A DNA stretch of 64,000 nucleotides from Eledone cirrhosa (Eukaryota). Shown piece by piece: positions 30,001 through 41,800 of the stretch (its first letter is position 1; each line of letters begins with the position of its first letter). The notes beneath the pieces were generated by a model, which had not been told where the DNA came from, made no database searches, and was given only the letters and a program-made list of their open reading frames with translations. The DNA is taken from the NCBI GenBank assembly GCA_964016885.1, contig OZ024748.1, positions 33,728,001 to 33,792,000 on the forward strand. Reading direction: 5' to 3'. The position numbers were made by a program, and so were the translations under genes.

Positions 30001-32415
30001 TGAATCAGTGGTGGTGTGGTGGACATTAGGTGGAGTGAATCAGTGGTGGTCGACATCAGATACTGTCAATCAATGGTGGTGGACATTAGGTGGAGTGAAT
30101 CAGTGGTAGTGGACATTAAGTAGACTGAATCAGTGGTGGTGGACATTAGGTGGAGTGAATCAGTGGTGGTGGACATTAGGTGGAGTGAATCAGTGGTGGT
30201 GGACATTAAGTAGACTGAATCAGTGGTGGTGGACATTAGGTGGAGTGAATCAGTGGTGGTGGCCATTAAGTAGACTGAATCAGTGGTGGTGGACATTAGG
30301 TGGAGTGAATCAGTGGTGGTGGACATTAGGTAGAAAGTAGGTGGTGTTAATCAGTGTTGGTGTGGTGGACATTAGGGAGAGTGAATCATTGGTGGTGGAC
30401 ATTAGGTGGAGTGAATTAGTGCTGGTGGACATTAGGTGGAGTGAATCAGTGGTGGTGGACATTAGGTGGAGTGAATCAGTGGTGGTGGACATTAGGTGGA
30501 GTGAATCAGTGGTGGTGGACATTAGGAGGAGTGAATCAGTGGTGGTAGAAATTAGGTGGAGTGAATCAGTGGTGGTGGACATTAGGTGGAGTGAATCAGT
30601 GGTGGTGGACATTAAGTAGACTGAATCAGTGGTGGTGGACATTAGGTGGAGTGAATCTGTGGTGGTGGACATTAGGTGGAGTGAATCAGTGGTGGTGGAC
30701 ATTAAGTAGAGTGAATCAGTGGTGGTGGACATTAGGTGGAGTGAATCAGTGGTGGTGGACATTAAGTAGAGTGAATCAGTGGTGGTGGAGATTAGGTGAA
30801 GTGAATCAGTGGTGGTGTGGTGGACATTAGGTGGAGTGAATCAGTGGTGGTCGACATCAGATACTGTCAATCAGTGGTGGTGGACATTAGGTGGAGTGAA
30901 TCAGTGGTGGTGGACATTAAGTAGAGTGAATCAGTGGTGGTGGACATTAAGTAGACTGAATCAGTGGTGGTGGACATTAGGTGGAGTGAATCAGTGGTGG
31001 TGGACATTAGGTGGAGTGAATCAGTGGTGGTGGACATTAAGTAGACTGAATCAGTGTTTGTAGAGATTAGTTGGAGTGAATCTGTAGTGGTGGACATTAG
31101 GTAGAGTGAATCAGTGGTGGTGGACATTAGATGGAGTGATCAGTGGTGGTGGACATTAGATGGAGTGATCAGTGGTGGTGGACATTAGGTGGAGTCAATC
31201 AGTGTTGGTGTAGTGGACATTAGGGAGAGTGAATCATTGGTGGTGGACATTAGGTGGAGTAAATCAGTGGTGGTGGACATTAGGTGGAGTGAATCAGTGG
31301 TGGTGGACATTAAGTAGAGTGAATCAGTCAGTGGTGGTGGACATTAGGAGGAGTGAATCAGTGGTGGTGGACATTAGGAGGAGTGAATCAGTGGTGGTGG
31401 ACATTAGGTGGAGTGAATCAGTGGTGGTGTGGTTGACATTAGGTGGAGTGAATCAGTGGCAGTGTGGTTGACATTAGGTAGAGTGAATCAGTTGTGGTGG
31501 ACATTAGGTGGAGTGAATCAGTGGTGGTGGACATTAGGAGTAGTGAATCAGTGGTGGTGGACATTAGGTAGAGTGAATCAGTGGTGGTGGACATTAGGTG
31601 GAGTGAATCAGTGGTGGTGTGGTTGACATTAGGTGGAGTGAATTAGTGGTGGTGTACATTAGTTGGAGTGAATCACTGGTGGTGTTGTTGACATTAGGTA
31701 GAGTGAATCAGTGGTGGTGGACATTAAGTAGACTGAATCAGTGGTGGTGGACATTAGGTGGAGTGAATCAGTGGTGATGGACATTATGTGGAGCGAATCA
31801 GTGGTGGCGGACATTAGGTGGAGTTAATCAGTGGTGGAGTATTGGTGGACATTAGGTGGAGTTAATCAGTGGTGGTGGACATTAGGTGGAGTTAATCAGT
31901 GGTGGTGTGGTGGACATTAGGTGGAGCGAATCAGTTGTGGTGGAAATTAGGTGGAGTGAATCAGTGGTGGTGGACATTAGGTGGAGTGAATCAGTGGAGG
32001 TGGACATTAGGTGGAGTGAATCACTGGTGGTGGACATTAAGTAGAGTGAATCAGTGGTGGTGGAGATTAGATGGAGTGAATCAGTGGTGGCGGACATTAG
32101 GTGGAGTGAATCAGTGGTGCTAGACATCAGTGGTGGTGGACATTAGGTAGAGTGAATCAGTGGTGTTGGACGTTAGATGGAGTGAATCAGTGGTGGTGGA
32201 CATTAGATGGAGTGAATCAGTGGTGGTGTGGTTGACATTAGGTGGAATGAATCAGTGGTGGTGGACATTAGATGGAGTGAATCAGTGGTGGTGTGGTTGA
32301 CATTAGGTGGAATGAATCAGTGGTGGTGGACATTAGGTGGAGTTAATCAATGGTGGTGTGGTTTACATTAGGTGGAATGAATCAGTGGTGGTGGACATTA
32401 GATGGAGTTAATCAG
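1..32415. repeat. 30-bp G-rich tandem satellite, main block with higher-order repeats; runs off the left edge
   Basis: Continuous head-to-tail GACATTAGGTGGAGTGAATCAGTGGTGGTG with 21-, 35- and 38-bp length variants; ORF track shows 10-aa periodicity. Confidence 0.99.
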
Positions 32416-33527
32416 AATATTTGTGGAAGAATGTAACACTAGGCCTTTTATTGTATTGGAAAGTCTCCTCGCTCATATTACAATATATTTAAATTTTTAA
32501 TAAAGAATTCATTAAGCATCAGTTCTCACAGGCCAGTCAAATTCCCTTCGTGGTGATGATCCGGACTGGACGTCATAAGTTGCCAACCCCTAACCTATAT
32601 GATTAATTATTTCATTTCATGAGAAACTATGCTACATCGTGAATTGTTTGTACCACATTTTACAGGACAGTGAGAAATAGGTTTAAATCACCAACATTTG
32701 AACAATTGACTTTCCTGGTCTATCTTTATTTTATTCTTGGACTTGAAATATAAAGTAATTTATTTGTATTGTTAACACAGCAGATATTGAGTACTTTTCT
32801 ACACTCCATGGCGAACAATCTGGATTCATTAAGATACAAACACAACCTTTTTCTTACACCAACAACAGTCTTACACAGTCATATCTACTTCTACAAAAAC
32901 AGTCATATCTACTTCTACAAAAATTACTATGGAGGACGTTAACCCTTTAACATTCACATTACTCTATCTACACAATTATATTTTCATGGTAAAGGCTTTA
33001 CCTTGCATAATTAACTCACTTAATATCGAATCTATGAGATTTTGAAAGTATTTATTTTGAGAACAATACCTTAACATCAGTTTGAGTGACCGGTTACAGC
33101 CAGTTTCAAAAGAAAGAGGTAGAGAATTCTGGCCGGTTTGGGCCGGTTTGAACATTAAAGGGAGATTTCTAACACAACTGTTTCTACCAATATAGATACA
33201 GATACACAGACATACAGTGGTGAGAAACCTTTGCCTAGTGAAACATGTACTGAACAAAGATCATTACACAGAAATATTCCTGAATATAACTGTGAGATTT
33301 GTAGGAAAACTTTCTCATCAGAAGATGAATTATCTACACACAAACACATACATATTAAAGACGAACCTGTCACTGTGAAATATCTGGGATATCTTTTGCT
33401 TCTAACAGTAATTTAACTATAAACAAAAGAACACATACTGGGGAGAAACCTTTCCACTGTGAAATATGTGAGCAGTATTTTGTCAGTAGCTGTAGTTTGA
33501 CTAAACACGAAAGAAAACACATTGGAG
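32416..33527 (+). pseudogene. C2H2 ZNF pseudogene copy 1 with 5' flank, 3'-truncated
   Basis: Homologous to 60361-60910; ATG 32929; MITE in codon 4/5; YNCEICRKTF..HKHIH finger then a 1-bp deletion; fused to satellite at CACATTGGAG. Confidence 0.93.
32943..33162. mobile_element. piggyBac-type MITE in ZNF copy 1
   Basis: TTAA|CCCTTTAACATT...CATTAAAGGG; colinear with the MITE at 52716-52938; right TTAA missing. Confidence 0.88.
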
Positions 33528-34627
33528 TCAATCAGTGGTGTTGTGGTGGACATTAGGTAGAGTGAATCATTGGTGGTGGACATTAGGTGGAGTGAATCAG
33601 TGGTGGTGGACATTAGGTAGAGTGAATCAGTGGTGGTGTGGTGGACATTAGGTAGAGTTAATCAGTGCTGGTGGACATTAGGTGGAGTGAATCAGTGGTG
33701 GTGGACATTAGGTAGAGTGAATCAGTGGTGATGTGGTGGACATTAGGTAGAGTGAATCATTGGTGGTGGACATTAGCTGGAGTGCATCAGTAGTGGGGTG
33801 GCGGACATTAGGTGGAGTTAATCAGTGGTGGTGGACATATGTAGAGTGAATCAGTGGTGGTGGACATTAGGTGGAGTGAATCAATGGTGGTGTGGTTTAC
33901 ATTAGGTGGAGTGAATCAGTGCTGGTGGACATTAAGTAGAGTGAATCAGTGGTGGTGGACATTAAGTAGACTGAATCAGTGGTGGTGGACAATAGGTGGA
34001 GTGAATCAGTAGTGGTGGCCATTAAGTAGACTGAATCAGTGGTGGTGGACATTAGGTGGAGTGAATCAGTGGTGGTGGACATTAGGTAGAAAGTAGGTGG
34101 TGTTAATCAGTATTGGTGTGGTGTACATTAGTTGGAGTGAATCAGTAGTGGTGGACATTAGGTAGAGTGGATCAGTGGTGGTGGACATTAGGTGGAGTGA
34201 ATCAGTGGTTTTGGACGTTAGGTGGAGTGAATCAGTGGTGGTGGACATTAGGTGGAGTGAATCAGTGGTGGTGGACATTAGGAGGAGTGAATCAGTGGGG
34301 GTGGACATTAGGTAGAGTTAATCAGTGTTGGTGGAAATTAGGTGGAATGATCAGAGGTGGTGGACATTAGGTGGAGTGAATCAGTGGTGGTGGACATTAG
34401 CTGGAGTGAATCAGTGGTGGTGGACATATGTAGAGTGAATCAGTGGTGGTGGACATTAGGTGGAGTGAATCAGTGGTGGTAGACATTAGCTGGAGTGAAT
34501 CAGTGGTGGTGGACATATGTGGAGTGAATCAGTGGTGGTGGACATTAGGTGGAGTTAATCAATGGTGGTGTGGTTTACATTAGGTGGAATGAATCAGTGG
34601 TGGTGGACATTAGATGGAGTTAATCAG
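33523..34627. repeat. 30-bp satellite between ZNF copies 1 and 2
   Basis: Same monomer, more variant units. Confidence 0.98.
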
Positions 34628-35813
34628 AATATTTGTGGAAGAATGTAACACTAGGCCTTTTATTGTATTGGAAAGTCTCCTCGCTCATATTACAATATAT
34701 TTAAATTTTTAATAAAGAATTCATTAAGCATCAGTTCTCACAGGCCAGTCAAATTCCCTTCGTGGTGATGATCCGGACTGGACGTCATAAGTTGCCAACC
34801 CCTAACCTATATGATTAATTATTTCATTTCATGAGAAACTATGCTACATCGTGAATTGTTTGTACCACATTTTACAGGACAGTGAGAAATAGGTTTAAAT
34901 CACCAACATTTGAACAATTGACTTTCCTGGTCTATCTTTATTTTATTCTTGGACTTGAAATATAAAGTAATTTATTTGTATTGTTAACACAGCAGATATT
35001 GAGTACTTTTCTACACTCCATGGCGAACAATCTGGATTCATTAAGATACAAACACAACCTTTTTCTTACACCAACAACAGTCTTACACAGTCATATCTAC
35101 TTCTACAAAAACAGTCATATCTACTTCTACAAAAATTACTATGGAGGACGTTAACCCTTTAACATTCACATTACTCTATCTACACAATTATATTTTCATG
35201 GTAAAGGCTTTACCTTGCATAATTAACTCACTTAATATCGAATCTATGAGATTTTGAAAGTATTTATTTTGAGAACAATACCTTAACATCAGTTTGAGTG
35301 ACCGGTTACAGCCAGTTTCAAAAGAAAGAGGTAGAGAATTCTGGCCGGTTTGGGCCGGTTTGAACATTAAAGGGAGATTTCTAACACAACTGTTTCTACC
35401 AATATAGATACAGATACACAGACATACAGTGGTGAGAAACCTTTGCCTAGTGAAACATGTACTGAACAAAGATCATTACACAGAAATATTCCTGAATATA
35501 ACTGTGAGATTTGTAGGAAAACTTTCTCATCAGAAGATGAATTATCTACACACAAACACATACATATTAAAGACGAACCTGTCACTGTGAAATATCTGGG
35601 ATATCTTTTGCTTCTAACAGTAATTTAGCTGTACACATACTGGAGAGAAACCTTTCCATTGTGAAATATCTGAGATATCTTTTGCTTCTAACAGTAATTT
35701 AACTGTACACAAAAGAACACATACTGGGGAGAAAACTTTCCACTGTGAAATATGTGAGCAGTATTTTGTCAGTAGCTGTAGTTTGACTAAACACGAAAGA
35801 AAACACATTGGAG
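34628..35813 (+). pseudogene. C2H2 ZNF pseudogene copy 2, 3'-truncated
   Basis: Offset 2212 from copy 1; ATG 35141; one extra degenerate finger with a 10-bp deletion; same satellite junctions. Confidence 0.93.
35155..35374. mobile_element. piggyBac-type MITE in ZNF copy 2
   Basis: Same insertion as copy 1. Confidence 0.88.
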
Positions 35814-38800
35814 TCAATCAGTGGTGTTGTGGTGGACATTAGGTAGAGTGAATCATTGGTGGTGGACATTAGGTGGAGTGAATCAGTGGTGGTGGACATT
35901 AGGTAGAGTGAATCAGTGGTGGTGTGGTGGACATTAGGTAGAATTAATCAGTGCTGGTGGACATTAGGTGGAGTGAATCAGTGGTGGTGGACATTAGGTA
36001 GAGTGAATCAGTGGTGGTGTGGTGGACATTAGGTAGAGTGAATCATTGGTGGTGGACATTAGCTGGAGTGCATCAGTAGTGGGGTGGCGGACATTAGGTA
36101 GAGTGAATCATTGGTGGTGGACATTAGGTGGAGTGAATCAGTGGTGGTGGACATTAGGTGGAGTCAATCAGTGGTGGTGTGGTGGACATTAGGTAGAGTG
36201 AATCATTGGTGGTGGACATTAGGTAGAGTGAATCATTGGTGGTGGACATTAGGTGGAGTCAATCAGTGGTGGTGGACATTAGGTGGAGTGAATCAGTGGT
36301 GGTGGACATTAGGTGGAGTGAATCAGTGGTGGTGTGGTGGTGGACATTAGGTGGAGTGAATCAGTGGTGGTGTGGTGGTGGACATTAGGATGAGTGAATC
36401 AGTGGTGGTGGACATTAGGAGGAGTGAATCAGTGGTGGTGGACATTAGGTGGAGTGAATCAGTGGTGGTGGACATTAGGAGGAGTGAATCAGTGGTGGTG
36501 GACATTAGGGGGAGTGAATCAGTGGTGGTGTGGTGGTGGACATTAGGAGGAGTGAATCAGTGGTGGTGGACATTAGATAGAGTGAATCAGTGGTGGTGTG
36601 GTTGACATTAGGTGGAGTGAATTAGTGGTGGTGTGGTGGTGGACATTAGGATGAGTGAATCAGTGGTGGTGGACATTAGATAGAGTGAATCAGTGGTGGT
36701 GTGGATGACATTAGGTGGAGTGAATTAGTGGTGGTGTGGTGGTGGACATTAGGTGGAGTGAATCAGTGGTGGTGGACATTAGGTGGAGTCAATCAGTGGT
36801 GGTGTGGTGGTGGACATTAGGATGAGTGAATCAGTGGTGGTGGACATTAGGTGGAGTCAATCAGTGGTGGTGTGGTGGACATTAGGTAGAGTGAATCATT
36901 GGTGATGGACATTAGCTGGAGTGAATCAGTAGTGGGGTGGCGGACATTAGGTAGAGTGAATCACTGGTGGTGGACATTAGGTGGAGTCAATCAGTGGTGG
37001 TGGACATTAGGTAGAATGATACAGTGGTGTTGTGGTGGACATAAGGTGGAGTGAATCAGTGGTGGTGGACATTAGATGGAGTCAATCAGTGGTGGTGTGG
37101 TGGACATTAGGTAGAGTGAATCATTGGTGGTGGACATTAGGTAGAGTGAATCAGTGGTGGTGGACATTAGGTGGAGTGAATCAGTGGTGGCAGACATTAG
37201 GTGGAGTGAATCAGTGGTGGTGGACATTAGGTGGAGCAAATCAGTGTTGGTGGACATTAAGTAGAGTGAATCAGTGGTGGTGGAGATTAAATGGAGTGAA
37301 TCAGTGGTGGCGGACATTAGGTGGAGTGAATCAGTGGTGGTGGACATTTGGTAGAGTGATACAGTCGTTTTGTGGTGGACATAATGGGGAGTGAATCAAT
37401 GCTGGTGGACATTAGGAGGAGTGAATCTGCGGACATTAGGTGGAGTGAATCAGTGGTGGTGGACATTAGGTAGAATGATACAGTGGTGTTGTGGTGGACA
37501 TAAGGTGGAGTGAATCAGCGGTGGTGGACATTAGATGGAGTGAATCAGTGGTGGTGTGGTGGTGGATATTAGGTGGAGTGAATCAGTGGTGGTGGACATT
37601 AGCTGGAGTCAATCAGTGGTGGTGTGGTGGACATTAGGGAGAGTGAATCATTGGTGGTGGACATTAGGTGGAGTGAATCAGTGGTGGTGGACATTAGGAG
37701 GAGTGAATCAGTGGTGGTGGACATTAGGTGGAGTGAATCAGTGGTGGTGTGGTTGACATTAGGTGGTGTGAATTAGTGGTGGTGGATATTAGGAGGAGTG
37801 AATCAGTGGTGTTGGACATTAGGAGGAGTGAATCAGTGGTGGTGGACATTAGTTGGCGTGAATCAGTGGTGGTGCACATTAAGTAGACTGAATCAGTGGT
37901 GGTGGACATTAGGTGGAGTGAATCAGTAGTGGTGGACATTAGGTGGAGTGAATCAGTGGTGGTGGACATTAGGTGGAGTGAATCAGTGATGGTGGAAATT
38001 AAGTAGAGTGAATCAGTGGTGGTGGACATTAGGTGGAGTGAATCAGTGGTGGTGGACATTAGTAGGAGTGAATCAGTGGTGGTGGACATTAGGTGGAGTG
38101 AATCAGTGGTGGTGGACATTAAGTAGAGTGAATCAGTGGTGGTGGACATTAAGTAGAGTGAATCAGTGGTGGTGGAAATTAGTTGGAGTGAATCAGTGGT
38201 GGTGTGGTGGACATTAGTTGGAGTGAATCAGTGGTGGTGGACATCAGGTACTGTCAATCAGTGGTGGTGGACATTAGGTGGAGTGAATCAGTGGTGGCGT
38301 GGTTGACATTAGGTAGAGTGAATCAGTGGTGGTGGACATTAGGTGGAGTGAATCAGTGGTTGTGGAAATTAAGTAGAGTGAATCAGTGGTGGTGGAAATT
38401 AGTTGGAGTGTATCAGTGGTGGTGTGCTGGACATTAGGTGGAGTGAATCAGTGGTGGTGTGGTTGACATTATGTGGAGTGAATTAGTGGTGGTGGACATT
38501 AGGAGGAGTGAATCAGTGGTGTTGGCCATTAGGAGGAGTGAGTCAGTGGTGGTGGACATTAGGAGGAGTGAATCAGTGGTGGTGTGGTTGACATTAGGTG
38601 GAGTGAATCAGTGGTGGTGGACATTAGATAGAGTGAATCAGTGGTGGTGGACATTAGGTGGAGTGATTAAGTGGTGGTGGACATTAGGTTGAGTGAATCA
38701 GTGGTGGTGGACATTAGGAGGAGTGAATCAGTGGTGGTGTGGTTGACATTAGGTGGAGTGAATCAGTGGTGGTGGACATTAGATAGAGTGAATCAGTGGT

Positions 38801-41800
38801 GGTGGACATTAGGTGGAGTGATTAAGTGGTGGTGGACATTAGGTTGAGTGAATCAGTGGTGGTGGACATTAGGTGGAGTGAATCAGTGGTGGTGTGGTTG
38901 ACATTAGGTGGAGTGAATCAGTGGTGGTGTACATTAGTTGGAGTGAATCAGTGGTGGTAGACATTAGCTGGTGTAAATCAGTGGTGGTGTACATTAGGTA
39001 GAGTGAATCATTGGTGGTGGACATTAGGTGGAGTCAATCATTGGTGGTGTGGTGGACATTAGGTAGAGTGAATCACTGGTGGTGGACATTAGGTGGAGTG
39101 AATCAGTGGTGGTTGACATTAGGTGGAGTGAATCAGTGGTGGTGTGGTGGACATTAGGTAGAGTGAATCACTGGTGGTGGACATTAGGTGGAGTGAATCA
39201 GTGGTGGTGGACATTAGGTGGAGTGAATCAGTGGTCGTGAACATTAAGTAGAGTGAATCAGTGGTGGTGGACATTAGGTGGAGTGAATTAGTGGCAGTGT
39301 GGTTGTCATTAGGTGGAGTGAATCAGTGGTGGTGGACATTAGGTGGCATGAATCAGTGGTGGTGGACATTAAGTAGAGTGAATCAGTGGTGGTGGACATT
39401 AGGTGGAGTGAATCAGTGGTGGTGGACATTAAGTAGAGTGAATCAATGGTGGTGGACATTAAGTAGACTGAATCAGTGGTGGTGGACATTAGTTGGAATG
39501 AATCAGTGGTGGTGTGGTGGACATTAGGTCGAGTGAATCAGTGGTGGTGGACATCAGGTACTGTCAATCAGGGGTGGTGGACATTAGGTGGAGTGAATCA
39601 GTAGTGGCGTGGTTGACATTAGGTAGAGTGAATCAGTGGTGGTGGACATTAGGTGGAGTGAATCAGTGGTGGTGGACATTAAGTAGAGTGAATCAGTGGT
39701 GGTGGACATTAAGTAGAGTGAATCAATGGTGGTGGACATTAAGTAGACTGAATCAGTGGTGGTGGAAATTAGGTGGAGTGAATCAGTGGTGGTGTGGTTG
39801 ACATTAGGTTAAGTGAATTAGTGGTGGTGGACATTAGGTAGAGTGAATCAGTGGTGGTGGACATTAAGTAGAGTGAATCAGTGGTTTTGGACGTTAGGTG
39901 GAGTGAATCAGTGGTGGTGGACATTAGATGGAGTGAATCAGTGGTGGTGTGGTTGTGGACATTAGGTGGAATGAATCTGTGGTGGTGGACATTAGGTGGA
40001 GTCAATCAGTGGTGGTCTGGTGGACATTAGGGAGAGTGAATCATTGGTGGTTGACATTAGGTGGAGTGAATCAGTGGTGGTGGACATTAGGAGGAGTGAA
40101 TCAGTGGTGGTGGACATTAGGTGGAGTGAATCAGTGGTGGTGGACATTAGGTGGAGTGAATCAGTGGTGGTGGACATTAGGTTGAGTGAATCAGTGGTGG
40201 TGGACATTAAGTAGAGTGAATCAGTGGTGGTGGACATTAGGTGGAGTGAATCAGTGGTGGTATGGTTGACATTAGGTGGAGTGGATTAGCGGTGGTGGAC
40301 ATTAGGTTGAGTGAATCAGTGGTGGTGTACATTAGTTGGAGTGAATCAGTAGTTGTGGACATTAGGTAGAGTGAATCAGTGGTGTTGGACGTTAGGTGGA
40401 GTTAATCAGTGGTGGTGGACATTAGATGGAGTGATTCAGTGGTGGTGTGGTGGTGGTCATTAGGTGGAGTGAATCAGTGATGGTGGACATTAGGTGGAGT
40501 CAATCAGTGTTGGTGTAGTGGACATTAGGGAGAGTGAATAATTGGTGGTGGTCATTAGGTGGAGTTAATCAGTTGTGGTAGACATTAGCTGGTGTAAATC
40601 AGTGGTGGTGGACATTAGGTATAGTGAATCATTGGTGGTGGACATTAGCTGGAGTGAATCAGTAGTGGGGTGGCGGACATTAGGTGGAGTTCATCAGTCG
40701 TGGTGGACATTAGGTGGAGTGAATCAGTGGTGGTGTGGTTGAGATTAGGTGGAGTGAATTAGTGGTGGTGGACATTAGGAGGAGTGAATGAGTGGTGGTG
40801 GACATTAGGTGGAGAGAATCAGTGGTGGTGGACATTAGGTGGAGTGAATCAGTGGTGGTGGACATTAAGTAGAGTGAATTAGTGGTGGTTGATTTTAGGT
40901 GGAGTGAATTAGTGGTGGTGGACATTAGGAGGAGTGAATCAGTGGTGGTTGACATATGTAGAGTGTATCAGTGGTGGTGGACATTAGTTGGAGTGAATCA
41001 GTGGTGGTTGACATATGTAGAGTGTATCAGTGGTGGTGGACATTAGTTGGAGTGAATCAGTGGTGGTGGAAATTAGGAGGAGTGAATCAGTGGTTGTGGA
41101 CATTAGGTGGAGTGAATCAGTGGTGGTGGACATTAGGTGGAGTGAATCAGTGGTGGTGGACATCAGGTACTGTCAATCAGTGGTGGTGGACATTAGTTGG
41201 AGTGAATCAGTGGTGGTGTGGTTGTGGACATTAGGTGGAGTGAATCAGTGGTGGTGGACATCAGGTACTGTCAGTCAGTGGTGGTGGACATTAGTTGGTG
41301 TGAATTAGTGGTGGTGGATATTAGGAGAAGTGAATCAGTGGTGGTGGACATTAGGTGGAGTGAATCAGTGGTGGTGGACATTAAGTAGAGTGAATAAGTG
41401 GTGGTGGACATTAAGTAGACTGAATCAGTGGTGGTGGACATTAGGTGGAGTGAATCAGTGGTGGTGGACATTAGGTGGAGTGAACCAGTGGTGGTGGACA
41501 TTAAGTAGACTGAATCAGTGGTGGTGGACATTCGGTAGAAAGTAGGTGGTGTTAATCAGTGTTGGTGTGGTGTAAATTAGTTGGAGTGAATCAGTGGTGG
41601 TGGACATTAGGTGGAGTGAATCAGTGGTGGTGGACATTAGGAGGAGTGAATAAGTGGTGGTGGACATTAGGTGGAGTGAATCAGTGGTGGTGGACATTAA
41701 GTAGACTGAATCAGTGGTGGTGGACATTAGGTGGAGTGAATCAGTGGTGGTGGACATTAGGTGGAGTGAATCAGTGGTGGTGGACATTAGGTAGAAAGTA

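Noticed and set aside
32976-33373. Minus-strand 93- and 72-aa ORFs conserved in four copies
   Set aside because: Antisense to MITE and ZNF; conservation reflects recent duplication
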